Positions 38,446 to 48,748 of a stretch of 64,000 bases of DNA are shown here, in pieces. The translations under genes and the position numbers were made by a program. How positions within the stretch are numbered: position 1 is the first letter of the stretch; each line of letters begins with the position of its first letter. The notes under the pieces were generated by a model. That model saw nothing but the letters and a program-made list of their open reading frames with translations, was not told the origin of the DNA and did not search any database. This DNA is from Pseudogymnoascus verrucosus (Eukaryota), in assembly GCA_001662655.1 (NCBI GenBank), contig KV460263.1, one strand, 5' to 3'.

Positions 38446-40871
38446 GACGAATAGAGCGAGACGTCAGAGACGTCACAATACTCAAACTTGATGTCTTCGA
38501 CAGGCGTTGGGCAATGGTCGAGTGGAATTGCGAATTGCGAATTTGATGAAGATGGTGGGTTTGGGCCCAGACATATACACACTCCAGTCTTCTTATCATG
38601 CCGCTCATCTCCATACCGTTACCATCTGTCGCGTGTGCCGTTTGTGGAGAATCCCGATTTGTGCTTCGCCCGGTGTGCCACCATAATGGACCCCGCAGCG
38701 GTCCCTGAGGCACTAGGTAATGTACCTAGGTAAATCTAGGCAAATCCAGAGCAGGAGATTGGCCGTGCTGATCAGGGGAGAGGGGGGAGGCGTTTTTCTG
38801 GTTTTCTTGGAGTGCGGCACATAATTGCTACATGGGATCACTAGCTCTGTGGATTGCGGCATGATAATCGCTTACCATGGACAAGACGGGCCAAAGATTG
38901 ACGAACCAACTGGATGGAATGTGCTATTGCTTTGCTATTTCCATTTTAATCTCTGGCCCACTTTTGACCCGACAAAGAAAGGATCTTTGGTCTCCCGCTT
39001 TGACGCTCAGACCCTTTACGCTGATGTTTCTGAATTTCTATATAGCGGTAAAACCTCGGCAGAAGTTGATGGCATGTAAGCATGAGTACAAACCTGGAAA
39101 TATTGTACCGACTGTTTAGACTGTTCACAGAAGCATCTCCGAATACCAGGCTTATGTTCATGGGTAGCTATTCCGTTATGTTCCGTGTGTGTTCCGTGCG
39201 TAGCACAAATGTGTGTATGGTGGTTGCCATTACCTTGTCCCGTCCCATCTATACAATACATAATATACATAATAATGTGCAATACGAACGGCATGGGTGG
39301 CGTCGTTGGAAGGATCAGTAAGGCCTGGAAGGAAGTCCAGGGACCCGGCAATTCAACACGAGCCTAGAAATGCGGGGAAAGGGGAAAGATAGACAATACT
39401 GTGTGAACAATACCACAAAAATGCTCCATATTATGCCCGAACATCTCCGGAAGGGGTGCGTGCGTGGCTAAAGACTGTTTAGCCAAGACACTATACCCTA
39501 GCCAAGACTATTGTGGCCCATCGTGCCCCACACCTGCATGATAGATGTAGATAACCAATTAGAAGCCCTGTCGGCGAATGTGAGAATAGACGTTACCTTA
39601 CCTACACTAGGCAGGGTTGAGGCCTGAGTTTTGGAGGATTCCTGTGTTGAAGAGTGAGAGCCACTGAAGGTTGCCCAGAGCTGCCTAAGAACCCACGACC
39701 ACTCTACCGCCATTACCGGCGCCCTACCTATATTAGTATTAGTAGGCATATGCCGGTGTTACATAGCGGGTTGTGTTACAGCGGTTTGTGGACCTAACTA
39801 ACAATGGCACTCGCCCCAGATGGCACTCGCCCCAAAAGCTCCAAGCTGTCAGGTCACTAGGACAGCCGCTTCCTAAACCGGTCGGCCAACAAGATGTCTG
39901 TGATGCATTATACAAGGGCCGCTACGATTACGAGTCTGACAGGAAGCATCTGAATCTTTTTACAAGGGATCGGAGATAAACTATATGGAAAGCTGACCGT
40001 ATTCATGGATTGTAACTTGCCGACGTCAATGGCGTACTTTCTCGAAACCACCATCAAAAAACTAGGTGAAGGCCGAGGTGCAGTAAGTGAAGGTAAGATC
40101 GTCGCCGTCATTTTTGAGACAATAAGCCCCTTAATAGTGCTAATTTTACCGCCGTGGGACCTTCATACCTTCATCATTCCATTAGTTCCGCGTTGTGCCA
40201 GAAAGGCACAGATCGGCGAGAGCTACTGAAGCCGGCCTTTCACCGAAGCAACCCACATACCTCATTGACAGCCCCTCGGAGGCACAAAAGGAGGCAGTAG
40301 TGTTCCTTCCGTTATCTCCAGACAGTAAATGCTGGGCGCCTAGGTGCCAATCCTCACTTGTGCCCGACTACAACTCTGAAGAGGGACCGTGCGTAGTTGA
40401 GAATTAATGCTAATGAATTATATCTCTTTTTGGATCTATTTCCTTTTAAGAAGCCTTTCAAAGGTCTATAATACAGCTATAATATAACAATCGCAGCCCG
40501 GACCGAGTCGGAGCGACTGAGTGCCTTGTTTTTGAACAAGTTTGCTGAAAACCTTACCTGATGTGCACGGTCCTCGTCCACACCTTCGGTGCCAGAAGTC
40601 CGTGCATGGAAACGCTGGCGCTCGAAACAAAACATTTATCAAATCACAAGCAGCAAAATGTCAGAACTCTGTTAAAGTGCAAGGTTCTCTTAATTCAGCT
40701 CTCAGAAGCTCATGGGTATAATCTCAAAACATAGCAAATGCAGACTCCGCCTTGCCAAAAAATCCTTCGCCTGTCCGTTTCCGTTTCCGTCTAGGTCTTC
40801 TATACTGACGCTGACCATCGATACGACGTGCCGGAACTATCCCTCGGCCCCATTATTACCCTCCCAAACCA

Positions 40872-43800
40872 TCAGCCCTTTCGAAACACCCTCCTCGTTC
40901 CTCCAACCTGTCCAAGCGCCCCGAATCCTTCTTGACTGCTCTCCACGCTCACCTGACGCACCTTCTCCACAACTCCGTCGACCCACCTCTTGCGTCCCTC
41001 GTCCATCTCTCCCTTCTTATTCTTCGGTCCCGAAGGCCCAAGATGAACCTCCTCGCCGTCAGGCCCCACGCTCCAAGCCTGGCGCGAGACGGAGCGGGCC
41101 GGCGGCGTCTGTCCCCTAGCTGCATTCGCCCGTAGCGTTGTGCTCGTGAATGGTAGCGGCATAGACGGTGAGCGCACAGAGTTTTCCCTGCTATCAGCCA
41201 CGTCCGAGACCCTCGCGCCACGCTTGCGCACCTGCAAGCTCGAACCGGGACGACTGCCCATCGATGATCCAGGGCGGCTTCCAGGGCTAGACCAGACATT
41301 CCCATTAGGGCCCGTGCGCAGCATACCCGGTGCGGGGTTCAAGCTCCCAATGCTACCCATGCGGGGCCTGGCGTCGGTTGGGAGCTCAACTTGGATTTCG
41401 CCAGAGCGCTCGGCGCGCCGCCCGTGATGGCTAGAGTATTCCTTCAGATATTCGCCAAGATCAGCCCAACCACCGCCGACGCGGACCATTACGCGCTCGC
41501 CTCTCTCGCCCACGAGACGCACAAAGAGTTTAATTGGTGGGTCGCCAGTGCTCCGCATCAAATGGTAGAGTTGGATGTCGGAATTGCCCTGTTGCCGTGG
41601 GCGGGATAGCCGAGTTTTGGCCGGTGCAAGAGTGAAAGATGGTGTTGGTGCTCTTGAATAACTTGGTCGAGATGCGGGGCTGAGAGTCGGGCGGGACGGG
41701 CGCTTCCTGATGGTGTGCTTTGGCTTCATGGGGGACTTCTGTGGAGGGATCGGGGCATTGCTCAGCTCGATCTTTGCTGGAATAGACTCTAGAATTTCGC
41801 TTATTTGTTGTTGAAGCTGATCGTCGGAAATTTTTGTAGGGCTTGCTTGTGAATATTGAAGATCAACATCAACATTTGTAAAACTTGGAGCCTCCAATGC
41901 CAATTTATCCACCGACACTAACGGCTCAGCGACAGACGCATCTAACTCTGTGTCCTCCGCGGCATAGAAATCGAGGTTAGGCGGCACCGAAAAAACCGGT
42001 GTCCCTGGCTCGCTGTAATCTTCTTCAATGCTCTGGCGGATGTCGTTACTATACAGTATTGTCCGACGCGTGGACGGCGAGAAGTCTAAATCATAGCCGT
42101 CATCGGAAGCCAGATCTTCAACGATGCGAGGCGATTCAAATGTCATGATGTTATTGAGCACGGGCAGTTTGCCTGCGGAATCTGCGCGGCTATGGGCTTT
42201 GAAAACAGTATCGTTGGAACCGAATGACACGACGCTCCCATGGCGAGAATTGTCCAAATCATAGGATCTGCCACCATCGACTTGATAGTCCATTAGGGAA
42301 TCTTCCTTGACCATGGGCGGAATTTCCTCCTCATTACTGGCGCTTGTTGGTGGTGATACCTTGATGGGGTTTTCTGAGTCTGAAAATCGAGGCCAATCGT
42401 CACATGCATCCTCGACTGGGGTTATTATAGCTTTAAAGCTGACCGATGCCCCAGATCCGTGAGTATTCGGATTTGGATTAGAGGTGGCATGCTCCAGATC
42501 TGTGGGGGTATGTGGTGCGGCTGAAATTTCTTTATAATCCTGCTCTTGAGTGACGAAAACATCGTCGATGACAACCTTAGCTGTTTGATGGGTAGATTGT
42601 GGCTCAGGAGAGGTATCTGCCCCGTCACGTTGGGCAGAAAACGCAGACGCTTTCTCCAGAGGTGTACTGGGCGCACCAGACCTCTTTTGGGGGTCTTTCT
42701 CGCCGAGGCTGGCTGTAGAATTCCTCCTGGTAGAAGACGTCGACTCAGAGTTCTTATTTCGTGCCCAGGGGCTTCTCATTTCAAATTTTGGCGCACTCTC
42801 TTGTAGTCCAGGCCATCCTGGTTGTAACGCTGGTCTATTTGCTGAGCTCCGTGGGTTCTCATCATCGTCGTCACTCATCGATAATAAAGACAGCCTCCGC
42901 TCTTTGGGCGGTTTCTTGCCCTTCTTGGGACTACGCGGTGTGCCCCCATCGTCCAATATAGTTCTCTTTGACGGACTCGGCGGGCATTCATCGTCGGAAA
43001 ATTGGCGCGTAAGAGCAGGTTGGTTTGATGGTGACATGATTGCATGCATAGACTCTGAAGCGGCCATTGGCGGAGGAGTAAGCGGGGCCTCAGCCTGCGT
43101 TGTAGGCGTGGGCACCAGCTGTGGGACGTCCGTAAATGGATCTGACGTGGGGATGTGCGGCCTTGGCGAACTCTTGCGCTCATTTGCGGTATGACCTGTG
43201 CGAGCTGGTGGGGTACTTAACATTTGAGCGGCGCGGTCACTCGCAGCTGCCAGCAAGGCAAGCTCTTCCTCGTCGCCGAATAGTGTTTGTGACCTTATTT
43301 TGCTTGTGCTTGGACGAAGACTGATCGATGATGAGCGCGAGCCAGGGAATAGGGGACTCCCTCTGAATGAAGGGAATATTGGTGATGTGGGTGAAGTTTG
43401 AGAATCACGTCTTGATGTTGGGTTGCCTGACCCCACACTTTGGGAGTCTCCAACATCCCAGCCGGAAGGCGCGACCGAGTTTCGACTGCTCCTGCCTCGT
43501 GGGATAATTGGCGACGGCGGCTGTGAACTAACAACGGCGCTAGTGCCCAGAATAAAAGGCCGGAGGTTTGAGCTCCCTGTCGGTGATGGAGACGCTGCCA
43601 TGGAATGGATGGCTTCTGGCGATCCGGGCCGAGAGCCCTCAGTGTGAATTCGGTACGGCAACGGCAGCCTGGGAGGAGTGTTTCGACCCTTGACGGAGGG
43701 CGTTCGGCTTCGTTCGAGGAGAAATGACCTCTCACTGGGTTCAAGACTGGCTCTGGACGGTGTCCAAAAGCCTCCCGCATCCTCTCTTGTACCGGGCGGC

Positions 43801-45413
43801 GAAGGGCTTCCAGCCTCATCGCCTCGCTTATACGTACCACGTCCGGCCGTTGGAGAGCGATCATCTTGGCCATCGAAACCCCAAGGAATATTGAAATCTC
43901 GGTCGCTTCGTGACTCTGGTGACTCCGCATAAGCTTGTAGTGTGTTTGGTACATCCGATTGTGGTGCATTGGTGGCGGGTGACTCCATGGCCAGTGGGTT
44001 GCCAAAGTCAGAGCCATTGTCAGATATTGCCAGGCTTCCTATTGGTAACTCCTGAACTTGGTCGTCGGATATCGGTATGTTTTCCGCCGTTGTGGCAGGG
44101 ATAGACCCATGATCAGACACAGCAACTTGTTCTATTTGTACCTTCTCCCACTCCTCTTCGATGGCCACTTCGTCTCCAGTCCCAACATCAGCCATAGCCG
44201 CCTGTTGATCAGCCAATTCTTGGAGCATTTGTAGAGACTTCTCCAACTCCGCCTTCTTGGCAGCCTTGACTGCCCACTCTCCCTCCTGTACTTTCCTCTC
44301 GGCTGCAATAGCCCAATTCCCATAATCCGTCTCAACGGCATCCATTTGATCCAGCCACGGCCCGGGCACCGTATCAACACGCCCATCAAGCCGATCCAAC
44401 ATCGAATCAATCATCTTCCCTGTGTCACTGATTGTCTCACCAAGCGCCACCTGCATAGTTTCGTAGTCAGAGCGTGTGAGCATCATTTCTTCGCCGCTGG
44501 AGTTTGTAGCTTTAAGCGACACCCACGCAGATTGCAGCATTGTGTCTGCGTCTCGCAGGGATTCAAGGGTAGAAGGGATGTCACGCAGAATGTCGATGCG
44601 GATGCTCCAGACATCGAGAAGCAGGCGCAAACGGTGTAGCTTGGGCAGGGAATCGAGGACGGTGTGGGTGATCATACCAGTGAAGGTGTCGAGTCGGGTA
44701 TATTTAGATTTCACTGGTGTGGTGGGACGAGAATGTTCACCAGTCGCAGTTGCTGGTTGCGCATCAGTCGCAACGAGATCGAGAACCTTGTTCTTGATCT
44801 CCTCAATGTCCAGATCAAACATGTCGTCAAAAATCTCCGAGACCCGATTGGAGTATAGTTCGACCAGGGGCGCAGGAAGGCTACCCCAGTATTCCTTCGT
44901 ATCAGCCTCCTCCTCCAACCCCATATCATCTTCCTTCAGATCTCCAAAAATCCCATACGTTTTCTCTGGCATCACAAATCCGTCGGCCCCAATAGTAGGC
45001 CACGGCCAACCTCCAACCTCGTTTGCCCATTCTTCAATCTTCTTGCTAGCCACCGCAGCCCTTATCCCAAATTGTTTCTGATCCGGGGTCGAAGCTTCGA
45101 TGCTCTTTGCCAGCTCGCCGCTCGCAGAGGTGAAGCGTTCCAGAATCCTCGCCGGAGAAAGATCCTCAAATATATCATCTGTTATGCGCGAGCGGGTCGG
45201 CGAGCGCGTGTGTTGTCGACAGGGCGATTTCGACGGCGATCGTGGCCGCATCCGCAGCGAGGTGGGCGAGAAGCGCAGGGCTGGCGGCGCATCTCGAATG
45301 CTGAACGCAGACATGTCGCGTTTGTGCTTCGCCATCATGATGGATGGCTGTTGTATCGCTGAGTGGGGATTTGCTAAGTCATGTAACCTCGACGAAGACG
45401 GGAGATCCAGCAT
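40872..45413 (-). CDS. Large Ser/Pro-rich GAS2 (GAR)-domain cytoskeletal protein
   Basis: 1513-aa ORF; C-terminal PPIKLFVRLVGERGERVMVRVGGGWADLGEYL GAR motif; helical N-terminal region. Confidence 0.88.
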   Translation of the reverse strand: MLDLPSSSRLHDLANPHSAIQQPSIMMAKHKRDMSAFSIRDAPPALRFSPTSLRMRPRSPSKSPCRQHTRSPTRSRITDDIFEDLSPARILERFTSASGELAKSIEASTPDQKQFGIRAAVASKKIEEWANEVGGWPWPTIGADGFVMPEKTYGIFGDLKEDDMGLEEEADTKEYWGSLPAPLVELYSNRVSEIFDDMFDLDIEEIKNKVLDLVATDAQPATATGEHSRPTTPVKSKYTRLDTFTGMITHTVLDSLPKLHRLRLLLDVWSIRIDILRDIPSTLESLRDADTMLQSAWVSLKATNSSGEEMMLTRSDYETMQVALGETISDTGKMIDSMLDRLDGRVDTVPGPWLDQMDAVETDYGNWAIAAERKVQEGEWAVKAAKKAELEKSLQMLQELADQQAAMADVGTGDEVAIEEEWEKVQIEQVAVSDHGSIPATTAENIPISDDQVQELPIGSLAISDNGSDFGNPLAMESPATNAPQSDVPNTLQAYAESPESRSDRDFNIPWGFDGQDDRSPTAGRGTYKRGDEAGSPSPPGTREDAGGFWTPSRASLEPSERSFLLERSRTPSVKGRNTPPRLPLPYRIHTEGSRPGSPEAIHSMAASPSPTGSSNLRPFILGTSAVVSSQPPSPIIPRGRSSRNSVAPSGWDVGDSQSVGSGNPTSRRDSQTSPTSPIFPSFRGSPLFPGSRSSSISLRPSTSKIRSQTLFGDEEELALLAAASDRAAQMLSTPPARTGHTANERKSSPRPHIPTSDPFTDVPQLVPTPTTQAEAPLTPPPMAASESMHAIMSPSNQPALTRQFSDDECPPSPSKRTILDDGGTPRSPKKGKKPPKERRLSLLSMSDDDDENPRSSANRPALQPGWPGLQESAPKFEMRSPWARNKNSESTSSTRRNSTASLGEKDPQKRSGAPSTPLEKASAFSAQRDGADTSPEPQSTHQTAKVVIDDVFVTQEQDYKEISAAPHTPTDLEHATSNPNPNTHGSGASVSFKAIITPVEDACDDWPRFSDSENPIKVSPPTSASNEEEIPPMVKEDSLMDYQVDGGRSYDLDNSRHGSVVSFGSNDTVFKAHSRADSAGKLPVLNNIMTFESPRIVEDLASDDGYDLDFSPSTRRTILYSNDIRQSIEEDYSEPGTPVFSVPPNLDFYAAEDTELDASVAEPLVSVDKLALEAPSFTNVDVDLQYSQASPTKISDDQLQQQISEILESIPAKIELSNAPIPPQKSPMKPKHTIRKRPSRPTLSPASRPSYSRAPTPSFTLAPAKTRLSRPRQQGNSDIQLYHLMRSTGDPPIKLFVRLVGERGERVMVRVGGGWADLGEYLKEYSSHHGRRAERSGEIQVELPTDARPRMGSIGSLNPAPGMLRTGPNGNVWSSPGSRPGSSMGSRPGSSLQVRKRGARVSDVADSRENSVRSPSMPLPFTSTTLRANAARGQTPPARSVSRQAWSVGPDGEEVHLGPSGPKNKKGEMDEGRKRWVDGVVEKVRQVSVESSQEGFGALGQVGGTRRVFRKG

Positions 45414-46208
45414 AAATAGCTCGCATTGTGCCGTGAGTGTCGTGGTTTTGTGGTGTCCCGTCGTTGTAGGGTTCAGGGTTCGTAGATGTTGTGCGAGAGG
45501 TGAAAATCGAGATGGGTTTCTGTGGCCTTCCGTCTTTGACCTGGGTATGGGTATCTATTGACGTCTATGGGCGGCGGCGACCAACGCTGTAACGCTGAGA
45601 CAACAAACGCAAGAACAAGTCGACGAGAGGGAAACCAACGTCCCTTTACTAAACATGGAAATAGGAAAATCAAAGAGAGGACATGCTGGAAAACCCAGCA
45701 ATAAACAATTTGTGTCGGACGCCGAAGATTGGAAAGGGCGATATCCGATGCGCTGGACAAACAAACAGAAGACGTCAAGAGTCGATTGGGTGACAAACGG
45801 GCACTAAACGCGGCTATTGATTTGCCCTGGCCTGGATCATTCAGGGTCAAGTTTGGGTCAAGTTTGTCGCTTCGGTCGTTAATTTCTCCGTTTTCATTCG
45901 CCGGCGTCCCGATGGATCGTGCCGATCAGCGCGCCCTGCGCTGGCGCTACTGAGACAACCGTGCGGAGTAATATTTCCCCAGACCGACATGCAGGGACCA
46001 TCGACGTCTCGTCGTATATTCCTATCAAATGTTCGAACATGTTACTACAATATAGACATTACTCCAATACCGGGCCATGGCCGTCTCGTTTTCAGTGCGA
46101 GCCTTTTTCCGGCATGGAAGTCCCCATATGCATATGTACCGCGTGAGTAACCCAAATGGCTCCGAGAGGAGTTGGACCCTGAAGTCTCAAATCACCACAT
46201 GGCGCCAC

Positions 46209-46316
46209 TATGAGCTGTTCCTGGGCCACGAGCTGCCCCTAGCGCATGATCTGTTCCTAAGGTCTGAGCTGATTCTGGAGCATGAGCTGTTCCTGGAGCA
46301 TCAGCTGGTTCCTAGC
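46209..46316. repeat. Six degenerate 18-bp tandem units (consensus CATGAGCTGTTCCTGGAG)
   Basis: tatgagctgttcctgggc / cacgagctgcccctagcg / catgatctgttcctaagg / tctgagctgattctggag / catgagctgttcctggag / catcagctggttcctagc. Confidence 0.8.
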
Positions 46317-46496
46317 CAGCCCAGCTCTATCATACCACTTCAAACCACCATTCTCACATGATCTCCTATCTCTTCCCACAAGCTAGGTCCCAACCATCTC
46401 ATAACGTCATCTCACTGTCTGTTCCTATCTCTCCCATGTCCTTGCCGCCGCAGCCCCTATCCCCCTCACCCTCCACATATACCTCAATATCGCAAA

Positions 46497-47708
46497 ATGG
46501 GCTCCGCCCAAGCCGTCCTCTCCGTCCTCATCCTCCTCCTCGTCATCGTCCGCAACCACTTCCCCGGCCGCCTCTTCGCCCTCCTCCACCGCCATAGAAA
46601 CCTCCTCACCCACCCCCGCCTCCCCGCCTTCATCCACCGCTACCCCCATCTCCAAGCCCCCCCCCCTCACCAACCCCGTATCGAACCTCTCGTCGCCATC
46701 CCCCAACCCCCACCCCGGCCCCCATCCCTCGGCCACTCCCCCCTCGGCCGTCTCGCCCCAGAAACAATCCAGCTCATCGCCTTCTTTCTCCCCCCCTCCG
46801 CCGCCGCCTCCTTCGCCAGCACCTGCCTCTCCATCCGCCTCATGACAGGAACCGAATACCTCGCCTCCCTCCGCGCCTCCCCCACCGAGCTCCTCAGCCT
46901 CCTCAAATACACCGCGATCGACCAACCCCTCGACCCCATCACCGCCGTCCCCCCCCGCCTCCTCTGCCTCTACTGCAACCGCCTCGTCCCCTACATGACC
47001 CTCTGCAGCGCCTCCCCAACCCCCCCCTGCCTCGAAGCTTACGCCCAATACCACCCCTACGTCCCCCCCACCTTCCGCCACCAAATCTTCCACACAGCAA
47101 TGACCCTAGACCAGCACGACCTCTGTCCCTACGCCCTCCTGCGAAACCTCAAACCCTGCTCCACAGCCACCACCACCTACGACGGCGGCATCACCTCGCA
47201 ATCCGCCTGGGAATACCGCATCGTCGCCGGCTCCCTCTACCAGCGCACCCGCGTCTCCATGATCCTCCCCCGCGACGACGGCAACTACAACCCCACCGTG
47301 CACCCCTGCCCACACTCCGCCAGCTACCAGAACGCCATGGCCCGCAAGGCGGCGGAGGTGCAAGAGCAAGTGCGCCAGTTCCCCAAGCTGCGCGCGATCT
47401 CGGACATGGTCTCTTGCCGGCGCTGTCGCACCGTGCTGCGTGTCGGATGTCGCAAGTTCCGCGGCCTGGGGATGGGACTGTTCGTCACGTGGTGGATGGA
47501 TGTGGGTTTTGCGAATGGGCGGTGGGAGATGGGGAGTGGGAAGAGGGAGTGGACGGGGTGGAAGGATGTGTGGTATACGAGGAAGTGGGCGATGGATCGT
47601 TTTGAGCATGGGTGTTCTTCGCAGCGGTATTTTGATTTCGAGGGCATGGATTCGCTAAAGGATAGGAGGGAGTTGTTGGCTGCTGCACGTAGTGTTCTTA
47701 AGGGATAG
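46497..47708 (+). CDS. Hypothetical protein with N-terminal hydrophobic helix and F-box-like motif
   Basis: 403-aa ORF; AVLSVLILLLVIV; LGRLAPETIQLIAFFLPPSAAASFASTC resembles an F-box; CxxC pairs (CLYC, CRRC); TWWMDVG. Confidence 0.7.
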   Translation: MGSAQAVLSVLILLLVIVRNHFPGRLFALLHRHRNLLTHPRLPAFIHRYPHLQAPPPHQPRIEPLVAIPQPPPRPPSLGHSPLGRLAPETIQLIAFFLPPSAAASFASTCLSIRLMTGTEYLASLRASPTELLSLLKYTAIDQPLDPITAVPPRLLCLYCNRLVPYMTLCSASPTPPCLEAYAQYHPYVPPTFRHQIFHTAMTLDQHDLCPYALLRNLKPCSTATTTYDGGITSQSAWEYRIVAGSLYQRTRVSMILPRDDGNYNPTVHPCPHSASYQNAMARKAAEVQEQVRQFPKLRAISDMVSCRRCRTVLRVGCRKFRGLGMGLFVTWWMDVGFANGRWEMGSGKREWTGWKDVWYTRKWAMDRFEHGCSSQRYFDFEGMDSLKDRRELLAAARSVLKG

Positions 47709-47754
47709 AGACTATGTAGGGATTTTAGGTTTATAGGCGCTGTTCTTTTGTTTT

Positions 47755-48530
47755 GTGATCATAGGCTCTCATATCCTGTCCTGTTGTCCTACGAGAATAG
47801 ACGCTCTTCCTATATCTCGTAGTTGTGGCCTCTGTCCTCGCATCTTATCGTAACAGTCGCTATTTACTTCTTTTGTGTTAATAGGCACTATCCTTACATC
47901 TTATTATGACAGTTGCTATTCCCATCTTTTATGTTAATAGTCACTAATCATAGTCGGAAGCGATATGCGTACGCTTAATTTACGTAGTAATTTACTAACA
48001 TCGCAACTTTCCTTATTTTCTATACCCTATATATAAACACTATTTTATATCCTTTTTAGTAATTAACAACTTCATAATTTTACAAACTTTAAATGCTTCT
48101 AGTATAAGTAGTATTATACATATATATATTATCTATTAAATTTTAGGAATACTAATAGAGAATTTAGGGTAGTTTATATACGTCTTTGTTAAAACAAATC
48201 TACTACATTTCTATCTTTTTATAACCTTAAGTCACTTTATGTATAATTTACTATGTAAAAGTACTTGCGAATTTTAGTGGCTACGTACGTATTTTACTTC
48301 TGCATAGTCGAGCGTACACATATCGCTTCCGACCACGATTATTCTGCTATCCTATTGTAATAGTCGCTATTCCCTTCTTTTCTAATAACAGACACCCTCC
48401 TTCTATCCTATAGTAATAGACACTCTCCTCGCCTCTACCCCTAACAATCACTCTCCCTACTATCTACATTTATAGCGTCCCTCCTCTTCTCCCCTACTAA
48501 CAGACGCCCTCCCCTCCATCTACATTCATA
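47755..48530. repeat. Degenerate ~28-bp minisatellite (approx. TAATAGTCGCTATTCCYWTCTTWT) interrupted by the MITE
   Basis: Recurrent AATAGxCRCTAT / AACAGxCRC units on both sides of the MITE, e.g. near 47851, 47879, 47907, 47935, 48358, 48386, 48414. Confidence 0.6.
47947..48339. mobile_element. Non-autonomous Tc1/mariner-pogo-type MITE (393 bp) with TA target-site duplication
   Basis: 29-bp TIRs ATCATAGTCGGAAGCGATATGCGTACGCT vs ATCGTGGTCGGAAGCGATATGTGTACGCT (3 transitions); TA at 47945-47946 and 48340-48341; very AT/TpA-rich interior. Confidence 0.88.
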
Positions 48531-48748
48531 ATCCTTAACACCTATCACATGCAGAACAAAATAAAATCATAACATAAAATATTCTTAATTCCTCTCCTCT
48601 CATATATATATCTACCCTAAAAAATCCCTATCCCCCCATCCTAACGCCAAAATCACCCATCCTCCCTTACCACCACCCCAAAAATCGCTAATGCCTGGTT
48701 TTATACACCCCAAACTCCCATCCTTCATCATCCCCATCCCACCCTTAA

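Noticed and set aside
39770..40620. Protein-like short ORFs and a 16-bp direct repeat, possible pseudogene
   Set aside because: No recognisable motif or consistent frame.
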